A DNA stretch of 64,000 nucleotides from a virus (taxonomy: Duplodnaviria; Caudoviricetes): positions 1 through 64,000 of IMG/VR virus record IMGVR_UViG_3300017911_001939, one strand, 5' to 3'. A model generated the notes under the pieces. The model searched no databases. It was not told the origin of the DNA and saw nothing but the letters and a program-made list of their open reading frames with translations. Position numbers and translations under genes: made by a program. Of this stretch, positions 47,701 through 57,326 are shown piece after piece; the first letter of the stretch is position 1, and each line of letters begins with the position of its first letter.

Positions 47701-49845
47701 GCTACACGTAGAATTGCTCGTATTCGCCAAAGACTTTCTGCATTCCGTGATCGCTGGATTGGTAACCCAACTGGTTCTCGAGTCCTTGTTCGTGGTGATG
47801 TAAGATCTCGCCGTGAAACAATTGCTGATCGCGTTATCGATGTATCGTTTATCCCATTCATGAGAGCACGTAAGATCTTCTTCCGTGTACAAGGTTTGCG
47901 TAGAGATACTAAGCACTTCCTCTTCTTTGGTGGTCAAGATATTTCAGATTATGCAAGAGAAGAAACAGTATTCGAAAGATTCGCTGCTCGCTCTGATAAT
48001 CCTGGCAGCATCTTTACAAATCATACTGCACACCCAAATGGTACTTCGGCTCTGACATCAGATTCTGCAGGTAAGTTAGTTGGTTCATTTATTATTCCAT
48101 CTAACAATGCTCTGAAGTTTAGAACAGGTGCACAAAGAGTTGAGCTGATGGATGTCACATCTGGTAATGCAGACGATGCTATCTCTAAAGCACAGACAAC
48201 ATTCCAATCAACTGGTATTCTAAACACTCGTCAAAGAACAGTCAGAAATACAAGAATTGAGACTGAGTTCTTTGTACAAGAATATGATCCATTAGCACAA
48301 ACATTCCGTGTTGATGCACAAGAAGATCCAAACGGTATCTACATTACAAAGTGTGATATTTTCTTCTCTACAAAAGAAGATAATTTTGGTGTTCCTGTAC
48401 AAATGCAAATCAGACCAGTTGAAAATGGTATTCCAACGTCTGCTCCGATTCCAGGTGCTGTTAAGTTCTTGAATCCACAAGATGTTAATATTCCATCTAA
48501 CTTAAATAGCTTGTCTACTATTCAGGCAACGCCAACAACATTTGAGTTTGATGAGCCTGTATATCTTGAGCCACAAAGAGATTATGCGATTGTTCTCCTT
48601 GCAGATACAACTGCATATAACGTGCATGTCGCTAAGACTTATGACTTCCTGATTGGTTCTACTGAACAGCGTGTTACTAAACAGCCAACGCTTGGTTCGA
48701 TGTTTATCTCTCAGAATGGTATTACTTGGACGCCTGATCAAGAACGTGATCTGATGTTCAGATTATATAGAGCACAGTTCGCTACTTCTGGTAAAGCTAT
48801 CCTTAATAACTCTGAGACAGAAAAACGTCTACTTGAGAATAATCCGCTTCTAACAGATTCTGCAGATCCTAGCAAGCTTCGTGTATTCCATGAAGGTCAT
48901 GGTTTTGCTAAGAACGATTATGTTACAATTAGTGGACTTGACTCAAGCACAACATATGCAGGTGTTATCGGTACAGACATTATGGGTTCAAGACAGATTA
49001 CCTCTGTCGACCATACTGGTTATACATTTACTATGGATTCATCTGCAAATGCAGCATTAAGACTTGGTGGTAACGGTGTCATCGCAACGCAAAATGCTAT
49101 GTATGATGCCTTTGTTCCTCAAATTCAAATCTTACAGCCTGATGATACAACTATCTCTGCTAAGATTAAACAAACTGAAGGATCTTCGTTTGGTAATCAA
49201 AGAAATACTGTATTCTCTCAAGCTGGTAAGCAATCTACATATACAGATATTACACTAAATGAATTTAACTTCAATGAGACACCTAAAGTTATCTTTAGCG
49301 ATTCAAACGAAACAGCAAATATTTCAAGTGCAAAATCTATGACAATGGAAATTACGCTTGGCACATCTGATAATAAGGTTTCACCAATTATCGATTTGCA
49401 ACGTGCGTCGATTGCATCGTTTGAAAATACGATTGATAGTGGTGGTTCTCATGCTATCACAACGATTGGTGAAACTGATCCTACTGAAGGTACCGCGGCT
49501 GCTAAGCATATCACAAAAGCAGTTACGCTTGAAGAGCCTGCGGTTGGTTTGAAGATCTTGTTTGCAGCTAACAGACCAGCTGCTGCAGGATTTAAGGTGT
49601 TTATTAAGACTGCGACATCTGATGAAACCTTAGATGATGTTGCATATGTAGAAATCACCGAAGAAACAAACAATCCAGCGGACGAAAACAAAGATCGCTT
49701 TAGACAATACGAATATCTTGCTGGTGGACAAGTTGGTAACCTCAACTCATTCACTCAGTTCCAAGTTAAGCTCGTAATGACAAGTACTAATACTTCTAAG
49801 ATCCCAACAGTAAAAGATCTGAGAGTAATTGCATTGGTGACATAA
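44743..49845 (+). CDS. Large virion structural protein (DUF4815/VrlC-like)
   Basis: DDY..NFHRILF..QARELTQMQT, APGADRY, RTKEESGNY, DPLAQTF; 1700 aa. Confidence 0.8.
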   Translation: MATTLTNTTFSTTYKDDYKDSDNFHRILFNSGKALQARELTQMQTIIQNEIQRFGSNIFVDGGVVQPGGLTVNNKLEYIRLAASQLPVNLDDIIGKTFTVKSPDPALRVKVLKAVRADGSDPDTLYVEYVSTSAGTSSSAPVRVGASQVLENTDLGSSYDMTIASSNAVGQGTEVSIAKGSFFVQGHFVFCAKQSIFAEKYSTNANKDVGLKVEEEIIGATDDDGLYDNQGATPNLAAPGADRYRIKLTLTTRDAIDSTDNFVYLAKVSSGKIVDESRTDNSYNVLNDVLALRTKEESGNYIVKPFNAQFNSKNDSNLELEISDGIVYVDGYRLNADGKKINVPKAQDTITINNETIVVQYGNYIMGSNSTSKGLPEIDTLAKLTLRSAATFGGDDLGTCRCRFVEEDNSGDSRFYLFDIQMRPGKNFSSVRSFGTSTSDYIDVVLEGGVAVLKNTGNNDLLMPLPRTRPTNTGITHDTITFLKKYSMTTNTSGNSTANIAAGAGLTFTNLNAWIAAADDSAIDGSINLQLDGTQENFFVNDGSGVASKTYEVLAYVTKGSPSKRTKSLNNTTITKAWPGDVESDGTGAGIEFLALDKADIFEVEAIKIEDSDGADITTNFNIDNGQRDNYYGIGRIVKKAGSTIPTGDIFVRYKYFTHGNGDFFDITSYPTASVPYDKVPSHTQNDGTVVSLRDVIDFRPVAVRDADNADSSILSFNFDSNGAGGNPIIQSLPQSTDTFTADIVYYMPRADRLVATFLNEKGERLPRGQVKVVQGVSSLDPQLPAIPTGSMPLYNMNLNPFTLNESDLTTAFIPAKRFTMADIAELEQRIDTLQELTTLSLLEVDTSNLTVLDSAGNERTKAGFLVDNFKDFAFSAVGRDEYRAGVDELAGLLEPLQEAHNTRLIFDSADANSTVIRKGDNLYLPIDSDVMMINQALATETENINPFAVIVSQGHMELSPSSDEWVETRYAPDNIVQGETVTERLATRRIARIRQRLSAFRDRWIGNPTGSRVLVRGDVRSRRETIADRVIDVSFIPFMRARKIFFRVQGLRRDTKHFLFFGGQDISDYAREETVFERFAARSDNPGSIFTNHTAHPNGTSALTSDSAGKLVGSFIIPSNNALKFRTGAQRVELMDVTSGNADDAISKAQTTFQSTGILNTRQRTVRNTRIETEFFVQEYDPLAQTFRVDAQEDPNGIYITKCDIFFSTKEDNFGVPVQMQIRPVENGIPTSAPIPGAVKFLNPQDVNIPSNLNSLSTIQATPTTFEFDEPVYLEPQRDYAIVLLADTTAYNVHVAKTYDFLIGSTEQRVTKQPTLGSMFISQNGITWTPDQERDLMFRLYRAQFATSGKAILNNSETEKRLLENNPLLTDSADPSKLRVFHEGHGFAKNDYVTISGLDSSTTYAGVIGTDIMGSRQITSVDHTGYTFTMDSSANAALRLGGNGVIATQNAMYDAFVPQIQILQPDDTTISAKIKQTEGSSFGNQRNTVFSQAGKQSTYTDITLNEFNFNETPKVIFSDSNETANISSAKSMTMEITLGTSDNKVSPIIDLQRASIASFENTIDSGGSHAITTIGETDPTEGTAAAKHITKAVTLEEPAVGLKILFAANRPAAAGFKVFIKTATSDETLDDVAYVEITEETNNPADENKDRFRQYEYLAGGQVGNLNSFTQFQVKLVMTSTNTSKIPTVKDLRVIALVT

Positions 49846-50069
49846 TGGATAAATACATAAATGTAGAAGGAAAAGCTGGTTTAGTAAGAAGTAAAGCTTC
49901 AGGCGCAATCATCAATGTGAATAGCAATGAGATGTCTCAAGCCAGACATAGAAAAAAAATCTGGAAAGATCAACAAGAAGAATTGCAAACTTTAAAAAAT
50001 GATGTAGCCGTGATGAAGGATTTGCTCTTACAACTAGTAGAGGAAAAGAATGGCCGTAACAACAATTAA
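49845..50069 (+). CDS. Small conserved virion-associated protein
   Basis: VEGKAGLVRSKASGAIIN + coiled coil. Confidence 0.7.
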   Translation: MDKYINVEGKAGLVRSKASGAIINVNSNEMSQARHRKKIWKDQQEELQTLKNDVAVMKDLLLQLVEEKNGRNNN

Positions 50070-50580
50070 TCTGTCGGATCCAGTTTCTACCTGGGTTAAC
50101 AAGACTAATACAATCGCCACTAATGTTGGTGATTTGGCTACGCTATCGACATCCGATACAGCGAGTCTTGTTGCTGCCATTAACGAAATTAATGGTCTGA
50201 TAAATACAAATTTAAATGACTCAAACGAAATTAAAGGGATGTTCGTATCATCTACTTCTATTGAGTTTGATTCATCTGCCGGATCATTTAGCATTATTGA
50301 TTCAGCAGTTACTGGGGCAATGATAGATAATGATGCAATTGTAGAAAGGCATATTGCTGCAGCTTCAATTGTAAATAGTCATCTTTCACCTGGTGCGGTT
50401 GACACATTAGCACTTGCTGATGGAAATGTAACGAATGCTAAATTAGCTGATTCCTCTATCGGCTTCTCAAAAATTCAAGCTGGCGCAATTAAGTCAGTGA
50501 ATTTTGTTAATACAACTACGCTGTTGATTAAAGATTCTGCAGCTACAACATTGAAAACATTATATAGTCCTGGAAGTTAA
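50050..50580 (+). CDS. Fibre-like structural protein
   Basis: WVNKTN..VGDL..L..ASLVAAINE; 10-aa AVT..KI/L repeats. Confidence 0.7.
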   Translation: MAVTTINLSDPVSTWVNKTNTIATNVGDLATLSTSDTASLVAAINEINGLINTNLNDSNEIKGMFVSSTSIEFDSSAGSFSIIDSAVTGAMIDNDAIVERHIAAASIVNSHLSPGAVDTLALADGNVTNAKLADSSIGFSKIQAGAIKSVNFVNTTTLLIKDSAATTLKTLYSPGS

Positions 50581-50582
50581 TT

Positions 50583-51539
50583 ATGGCAGTTAGAAATCCT
50601 CTTTATTATTCGTCTGGTGATTTGCAAAAAATGACTGGTGCACAGATTAGTGCTATGATTGATATGGTAATCTATCAATATGGTTCTGATCCATCCGTTA
50701 CACTTACACAAGTTGGCAGTTCTGGTAATCTTGATGCAATGAGTGATACTCGTTTGCAAGCTGGTTCATATATTACTCGCGTAGATAGATATGCGACTGA
50801 AGCTGAAACAGCAGAACCATCAACGGTAACAGTAAGTTATGATCGTATCAATCAAACAAATGCAACCGTAGCACAACTTACATCTGGCGATACAGTTTCA
50901 GGTGCAGGCGAAGGTTCATTTCCATTCTACTATGATGGTGATGATCTAAGAACAATGACGCATACAGATATGCTTGACACGTTTATTCGTCCTGCTATCA
51001 CAAAGCTTACAACTGGTTCAACTGGTACAGATCAAGCTGGTACGTATAGAATTCACACGGCAACATCACTATCAGGCAATACACTAATTAGTTCAACGCC
51101 TGTCTTTATTGATACTCGTGCTAACACGGGTGCATATACGGCTGGTGGTATTCCTGAAACTCTTGATCAGCCTACGACTATTTCTAATTTCTATTTGATG
51201 AGAATTAATCAGGCATCTTCTGCACCAACCGTTGTAAATATGCTAAGACAGACATCGTCGAATGACTTGCAAGAATATACCGATACAGAACAAAACAATA
51301 TGCTTAAGAACATGGTTCGTTGGGCTGCTGTTAATGATACTGGTAATCGAATCCAATATCGTGTTGCTACATCTGGTACAGGAAATGCTCGTGGATCTGG
51401 TATGACAGATACAAAACTAAATGGTTCAGGTAACTATCAAACGCGCTTCGTTAATGCGAACGACTATCGTGCACAGGAATTTCCGAATGGTTCGGCTGTG
51501 ACGCAGAATACATATTATTTAAGAATCTATACAAACTAA
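50583..51539 (+). CDS. Virion structural protein with threefold internal repeat
   Basis: Repeated DLQ/DLR..M..I...DTR/DTK...Y units; Thr/Ser/Gly-rich. Confidence 0.65.
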   Translation: MAVRNPLYYSSGDLQKMTGAQISAMIDMVIYQYGSDPSVTLTQVGSSGNLDAMSDTRLQAGSYITRVDRYATEAETAEPSTVTVSYDRINQTNATVAQLTSGDTVSGAGEGSFPFYYDGDDLRTMTHTDMLDTFIRPAITKLTTGSTGTDQAGTYRIHTATSLSGNTLISSTPVFIDTRANTGAYTAGGIPETLDQPTTISNFYLMRINQASSAPTVVNMLRQTSSNDLQEYTDTEQNNMLKNMVRWAAVNDTGNRIQYRVATSGTGNARGSGMTDTKLNGSGNYQTRFVNANDYRAQEFPNGSAVTQNTYYLRIYTN

Positions 51540-51551
51540 AGGAATTGAAGA

Positions 51552-52085
51552 ATGGCTTTTCACTGGGAAGAAGGAATTGAATACGCCCGTTATATTGATG
51601 AAGATCGTCAAAATATCGAGGTAATGCATATTATTGAAGACGATGAAAATATTCATGGTCGTTCAGCCAAATTGCATGTATTACCTGCTGATGATAACGA
51701 TGTGCAATTCAAAGCTTTACTCGAGCATTTCACATATGATGATATTATGGAAATGACATATAGCTATAATCAAAATGCAGAACGTGCATTCGAAGAGCAA
51801 GTTATAGCAATCGCCCAAAAATCTGGAGTACTAGCTACTCTAGATGTTGACGTTGTTTCTTATGAATATGTCGATAAGCTTATCGATATTCTCTTCTTAG
51901 AAAAAGGTATTAAAGATAAAGAACTAAAAGAACTTATCTTTAAAACCAAACTTAGATTATTTGAAACTGATTTGGTTAAAAATAATAATAATAAAGAACT
52001 TAAAAGTTCATTACGCAAATCATCGTCACTAAAAGATATTTTTTATATTATGATGCAGATTGAGGAAGATACTCCTCAAACCTAG
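51552..52085 (+). CDS. Hypothetical protein, possible tail fibre chaperone
   Basis: AGGA RBS; acidic 177 aa protein after fibre-like genes. Confidence 0.55.
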   Translation: MAFHWEEGIEYARYIDEDRQNIEVMHIIEDDENIHGRSAKLHVLPADDNDVQFKALLEHFTYDDIMEMTYSYNQNAERAFEEQVIAIAQKSGVLATLDVDVVSYEYVDKLIDILFLEKGIKDKELKELIFKTKLRLFETDLVKNNNNKELKSSLRKSSSLKDIFYIMMQIEEDTPQT

Positions 52086-52848
52086 AAAAATCTTTATTAA
52101 CCACATGATGAAGACTTGCGCCTAAATGCTTAGTCGAAAATGTGTTATCAATTATCCAATTCCAACTTAGTCCAATAGGATTAATTGGTATTTTATAAAA
52201 TTCTTTTATAAAAGAAAAATAGACCTCATTGTTCCTAGAGAATGATGAGGCTATTTCTTTTGGATAGATGTTATCAACTAGTGCTTCATCAAAAATAGTA
52301 TCTGCATAATCCAATCTTTCACTTAATCTAAAATCTTCAATAGCGTTTTTATTGCCAATTAACACGCCGGTGTTAGCAATTTGGTTATTACCGCTGATAC
52401 CTTCTAATAGTAACATTGCATTTTTGCAACATGCCTTTACTACCATATTCATTTTATCAAAATCAATTGTATCAATCCACCAATCACCATATACCCGTTC
52501 TCCCCAATTAGGCTTAGTATCGATAAAATGTGCACCTACATATTTGTGAGTAGCATGTTTATCAAAAATATTTTGAGCGCTTGTGGGTATTACGTCTAAG
52601 TCTAAATAAACTACTTCATCATATTCGTTTGCTAAGTCTTCAAACCTATATAATTTTTCAAACTGTAGGTCATCATAATCTGGAATAGAAGGAGTAAAAC
52701 AATGATATTCTGCATTACACAGATTAGCATAATCTTTGTGAGCAGATATTAATCGATCTTTATATTTTGCAAACGCATCTTTCTTTTCTTGTGGAGATGA
52801 AGTGTGCCTATGAACATCTGCCCAAATACTATAGATAATTCTTTTCAT
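52048..52848 (-). CDS. Glycosyltransferase (GT-A fold)
   Basis: YDEVVYLDLDV, NTGVL, NNE, HVVNK; paralog of upstream gene. Confidence 0.75.
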   Translation of the reverse strand: MKRIIYSIWADVHRHTSSPQEKKDAFAKYKDRLISAHKDYANLCNAEYHCFTPSIPDYDDLQFEKLYRFEDLANEYDEVVYLDLDVIPTSAQNIFDKHATHKYVGAHFIDTKPNWGERVYGDWWIDTIDFDKMNMVVKACCKNAMLLLEGISGNNQIANTGVLIGNKNAIEDFRLSERLDYADTIFDEALVDNIYPKEIASSFSRNNEVYFSFIKEFYKIPINPIGLSWNWIIDNTFSTKHLGASLHHVVNKDFSRFEEYLPQSAS

Positions 52849-53698
52849 AAAAATCAAAAACCTCTTTGAATTTTTTATTGATAACATGTACGAATTTGCT
52901 TTTGCGTGGAACTACTTTATACCTATCATAAAACATATGCCATGGCCAATCCAACCATTGAATAGGTATATTTCTAGTTTTAACTAAGTAAGACCATATC
53001 GTTTCATTATCCCATCCAAACATTTCTCTAATATCTTCAGGATACATTTCGTCGTTTTTTAGATTATCCATATCTTTAATTACGGCATCTAAATTATCGA
53101 AATATGCTAATTGCTTCATATGCTCTGACGATACTCCCACAATGCCTGTATTAAATACATCATTATCGGTGTTATATCCGTTCGATTCTAATAATGCAAA
53201 GCAATTCCAATATTTTGCAGTTGGGCTTCTATTAGATTCGACAGGCCGATTACGCAATTCTCTTAGAGTTTTCTTCGCTAGATTGTTATTATCTTTAATC
53301 GCGATGCCTTTAGATAAGTCGTGCACTTCAAAGAAATTTTCTTGAGTCATAGGAACTACGTCAAAATCTAAATAAAGAATTTCGTCGTAATGACGAGATA
53401 GCTCGTGTATGATTTGTAGCTTATAGAAATTTACTATATTATATTCGGTTATTTGCGGATATGTTTCGTTAAACCATTTTTTATATAATTTAAAATCTTC
53501 ATCATACTCGTACATCAAGAACGTTACACCAATATCATTGGCATATTTTTGTTTACATGCTAATAATTTATCATAATACTTTTGAAATTCTATTTTAGTT
53601 CTTTCGGTTTTAGGTATATCATCACCATAGTAAGGTGCTTGATAATCCAAATCTTCTTTTGGAATATCGATATACAAACTATAAATTACTCTACGCAT
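52829..53698 (-). CDS. Glycosyltransferase (GT-A fold)
   Basis: YDEILYLDFDVVP, FNTGIV, DNET, HVINK. Confidence 0.78.
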   Translation of the reverse strand: MRRVIYSLYIDIPKEDLDYQAPYYGDDIPKTERTKIEFQKYYDKLLACKQKYANDIGVTFLMYEYDEDFKLYKKWFNETYPQITEYNIVNFYKLQIIHELSRHYDEILYLDFDVVPMTQENFFEVHDLSKGIAIKDNNNLAKKTLRELRNRPVESNRSPTAKYWNCFALLESNGYNTDNDVFNTGIVGVSSEHMKQLAYFDNLDAVIKDMDNLKNDEMYPEDIREMFGWDNETIWSYLVKTRNIPIQWLDWPWHMFYDRYKVVPRKSKFVHVINKKFKEVFDFYEKNYL

Positions 53699-54341
53699 AA
53701 CCAATTACCATATATCTTTCATAACCGTTTGACATTTTTAATTTGCCAGAATATTTAATGTTAGATAATCCGCATTTATCTTCAAGTTCCCATCTTGAAT
53801 TTACACAATTGCTGTGGTCATCAATATGAAACATATTATTGCTTTGAATTGCAAATAATGGTATTTCATAATTACGTCTATGAAAAAATGGTTCGATATA
53901 CTTTTTTCGAATAATATTTTTCATGTCTGGCATATGTTCTGATGACGTGTTAATTATTAGATTAGCTTTTTCATCTAAAGGACCATTTTCTTGAACATCC
54001 CCGCATCGCTCAGCATAAGCATAGTTTTTTAATTTCATATAACGTCTAAAAACATTTAATGATTTAATATCTAAATCAATATTTTCTACAAAGGAAATAT
54101 CTAATGTAGAGTTTAATAATGCCACAATGGGAAAGCCTATCCATCCTCCAAATAGTTGAACATGAATATCGTCTTTTTCTAAAAGATGCGGTATAATTTT
54201 ATCTACTAGCCATACTTTCGATTCAATTTGATGTGGTGACATAGAATCAAGTAAATGTTTTATGTCATACTTTTCGCTTTCTGTATTTTCCCATAAAATT
54301 TGCCAAATATCTGGATCAATTCCAATAGTGTTCAAATCCAT
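53691..54341 (-). CDS. SAM-dependent methyltransferase-like protein
   Basis: SKVWL, LFGGWIG, NIDLD, IINTSSEHM, QSNN. Confidence 0.65.
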   Translation of the reverse strand: MDLNTIGIDPDIWQILWENTESEKYDIKHLLDSMSPHQIESKVWLVDKIIPHLLEKDDIHVQLFGGWIGFPIVALLNSTLDISFVENIDLDIKSLNVFRRYMKLKNYAYAERCGDVQENGPLDEKANLIINTSSEHMPDMKNIIRKKYIEPFFHRRNYEIPLFAIQSNNMFHIDDHSNCVNSRWELEDKCGLSNIKYSGKLKMSNGYERYMVIGYA

Positions 54342-55023
54342 CATAGCCCTCATCATCTAACAAATATTTGCCATTAATATATTCGGTATTCCGTCTCCAT
54401 CCGTTAAATATGCAGACAGGATATGTATCATCTTTAAAAAGAGGTTTAGATTTTGTGCCAGCTTTAAAGTAATTGTTTTCATCAATACCGTATAACCGGG
54501 AATAGATTTCACCTTTCGGAAATACATTAAGCTTATCGTAATGGTGATAATATAGATATGAATCTATACCATTATATTTTACCATATAATAATCAGGATC
54601 TTTCATAAATTCTGACCATATAGATGTTAGATCACCGTGCCATATCATAACAGACGAGTTATAGTTCATATCGGTACCAGTCAATTCGTATGGTTTCCAA
54701 TATGCCTCGATAAGTCTTAGCTTACTCTTCTCGCAATAATCTTTGAAGTGTGTAATGTCATTTTGCAGTACGACATCTAAGTCAAAGAACATTTCAGGAA
54801 CTACAGCTGGTTCTTTAAATAACCGTAGTTTCCACCACCAGTTTTCTAAATCATATTCTTGTTCGAGAGGTTTTCTTAGAATATATGGATGCAAACCGCG
54901 AGGATCATCAGTATAGCAAACGAATCTAAATGATTCGTTAAACTGTTTTGTGCACATAGCATATAATCGATTTACATGCTCGTACGAAAACTTATCACCC
55001 CATTTTACGCAAGATATAATCAT
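54316..55023 (-). CDS. Glycosyltransferase (GT-A fold)
   Basis: CVKWGDKF, CYTD, WWWKL, FFDLDVV, YNSSVM. Confidence 0.8.
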   Translation of the reverse strand: MIISCVKWGDKFSYEHVNRLYAMCTKQFNESFRFVCYTDDPRGLHPYILRKPLEQEYDLENWWWKLRLFKEPAVVPEMFFDLDVVLQNDITHFKDYCEKSKLRLIEAYWKPYELTGTDMNYNSSVMIWHGDLTSIWSEFMKDPDYYMVKYNGIDSYLYYHHYDKLNVFPKGEIYSRLYGIDENNYFKAGTKSKPLFKDDTYPVCIFNGWRRNTEYINGKYLLDDEGYDGFEHYWN

Positions 55024-56545
55024 TAATAACCAATAAATCTAATTCTGTTTTTTCAAATGTAGCTATAGCATCTTCAGGCGTTTCAACGATAGGTTCTTTA
55101 CAATTAAAACTAGTATTCAATAGCATTGGAATTCCAGTAATTTTATAGAACTCGTTAATAAGATCGTAATATTTGCGATTCTGTTTACGATTTAGTGTTT
55201 GAATGCGCGCAGTACCATCTACGTGCGTAACACCTGGAATTTTATCAGAAATAACAGGCATAATTCTAGACATATATGGACTCGGTTGATTAGTATCAAA
55301 ATATTCTTTGTAATGTTCTTCCATAACAGAAGGAGCAAATGGTCTAAAATCTTCTCGCTGTTTAATTGTATGATTAATTCTATCTTTAATATGAGGATCA
55401 CGAGGATCAGCTAAAATACTACGATTACCAAGAGCTCTATTACCCGATTCGCATTTTCCTTGATACCAACCAACTACTGCGCCATCGGCTATAGCTTGTG
55501 CTACTTCTTTATAGTCTACCCTTTCAGTGCCAATATATTTGTATTCTTTACCAGAATAAACTGTAGGCCTATGTCGATTTTTATTAAGAGTATAATCGGC
55601 ATGGATGTATGTGCCAATAGATTGACCCTCATCTCCAGGTGCCGGAGGTACATGAACCTTTTTATATGTTTTAGTAAATTCCTCATTCATATAACCGTTA
55701 TATGCTACACCTCCAGCAACGCATAGATTGTTGCAAGATTTTAAAGGTAACACATGCTCATCAATTAATTCTTGTGTTGCATATTGTAATGTATATGCAA
55801 CATCTTCTATCTTAGTATGATCTAAAGTTTTTTCTATATCTTCTGGAAATGGATCAATCTTTACATTGTATTCTCCACGTCTATTCTTTTTTAGCTCCAT
55901 TTTGTGCTTAAAAATATTTTTATTATATTCATCAATTATCATATGGATTTTTAAATTATATTCTCCATATCCAGCAAGACCCATAAGTTTACCAGCACCT
56001 AAATGTCCGAATCCCAATTGTTTCGAAAAATAATTCCATAGAATGCCGATATTCATTTTATCTGAAAGATCGGTCATACGCCCATCTTTATCAAAGAACA
56101 CACAGTTATAGTGCCAACCTCTACCATCAATGGCTAAAATATCAGACTTTCTAAATCCTGAATCCATATATGCATATGCGGCGTGTGATTGATGATGGTC
56201 AATGTAATATACATTATCAATCATAGCATAGTCCCATAAATTCTTTGGTTTAAAACCAAAGAACTCATAATATAATTCTCTATCAGCTAATAAGCTAACT
56301 CCACCTTTAGTGGTAGTAAAAGCAAAAACTTCATGTTCTTCTGGCTTATGATATTCATCATAAAATTTTAACATAAATTCATCATCATCTTGATTCATGC
56401 TAATTAGTTCTGATTGATGCGAATACACATCCACATGCCATGGAATATTATGTTTACGTCTGCTGTATCTTTCTATTTGATTGTGCAAAACACCATCATA
56501 AGTATTTTGGTCATGTGGACTTAGTGCGATACTAAAGATTTTCAT
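54995..56545 (-). CDS. O-carbamoyltransferase (CmcH/NodU family)
   Basis: DHHQSHA, IDGRG, GKLMGLAGYG, AGGVAYN, GNRALGNRSIL, REDFRPFAP, HVDGTARIQ, LLNTSFN. Confidence 0.92.
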   Translation of the reverse strand: MKIFSIALSPHDQNTYDGVLHNQIERYSRRKHNIPWHVDVYSHQSELISMNQDDDEFMLKFYDEYHKPEEHEVFAFTTTKGGVSLLADRELYYEFFGFKPKNLWDYAMIDNVYYIDHHQSHAAYAYMDSGFRKSDILAIDGRGWHYNCVFFDKDGRMTDLSDKMNIGILWNYFSKQLGFGHLGAGKLMGLAGYGEYNLKIHMIIDEYNKNIFKHKMELKKNRRGEYNVKIDPFPEDIEKTLDHTKIEDVAYTLQYATQELIDEHVLPLKSCNNLCVAGGVAYNGYMNEEFTKTYKKVHVPPAPGDEGQSIGTYIHADYTLNKNRHRPTVYSGKEYKYIGTERVDYKEVAQAIADGAVVGWYQGKCESGNRALGNRSILADPRDPHIKDRINHTIKQREDFRPFAPSVMEEHYKEYFDTNQPSPYMSRIMPVISDKIPGVTHVDGTARIQTLNRKQNRKYYDLINEFYKITGIPMLLNTSFNCKEPIVETPEDAIATFEKTELDLLVINDYILRKMG

Positions 56546-57326
56546 AGATATAATCCGCTAATATTTTTTGGCCTTCTGCATTTGGGTGAGCATCTTCTTC
56601 TGATATTCTATATTTTTTATAATCATCAACTTCGTGTGATATAACGTAAAATGGTTTTTCTTTATTTTTATGATCTATACCTATAAAATCGATAGGAGAT
56701 AATCTTTTATAATAAGGAGAGTTTAATATAACACTAAGAGCTGCTTCATCAAAATCTGCTCGGTCTTCGAATTTAAAGTGATTCCACCACCTAGATGCAC
56801 CCCATCTTTCTTGTGATGCTGGCAATCCGCCGGAATTGCCAAACTGTTGTTTGAAATAATGGCTATATAATTGTATCATTTGGAATTGTTTTAATGGGAT
56901 TCTTTGACTAGCACAAATAGTTTGTATGCTATAAAAATATCTTAAGCTTTCTTTTATCCATCCAAGAATGTTTCCTTGAGGTTTTACTCTTTCGTTACGC
57001 CAAGTAAATTGATACTCTGTCATATTTCTATATCTATTATGGGCTTTATAAACGCTTTCGAAATCATATCTTTGAGCCTGTGACCATGCCAACATAACAT
57101 AGCCAATATCTTTAGGATCATACTCTTGCATAGCATCTAATACAGAACTATAAATCATATGATTTCCTTGTCCGCATTTGCCGACATTTACAACTTCCAT
57201 CCCTAATTTACTACCCACAAGCTCTGGCCATTTAGGCCAACTCGTATCTAATTTAGGATGGTAATCAGATGTGAAATTTTCATCTGTCCAACTATCACCG
57301 CCTGCTATTAGTATTTTTCTAGCCAT
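56532..57326 (-). CDS. SGNH/GDSL hydrolase or acyltransferase
   Basis: GGDSWT block I, NVGKCGQGN, DAHPN. Confidence 0.75.
   Translation of the reverse strand: MARKILIAGGDSWTDENFTSDYHPKLDTSWPKWPELVGSKLGMEVVNVGKCGQGNHMIYSSVLDAMQEYDPKDIGYVMLAWSQAQRYDFESVYKAHNRYRNMTEYQFTWRNERVKPQGNILGWIKESLRYFYSIQTICASQRIPLKQFQMIQLYSHYFKQQFGNSGGLPASQERWGASRWWNHFKFEDRADFDEAALSVILNSPYYKRLSPIDFIGIDHKNKEKPFYVISHEVDDYKKYRISEEDAHPNAEGQKILADYIYENL

Noticed and set aside
44743-51539. Diversity-generating retroelement or invertible fibre cassette
   Set aside because: No reverse transcriptase, invertase or template/variable repeat pair seen by eye
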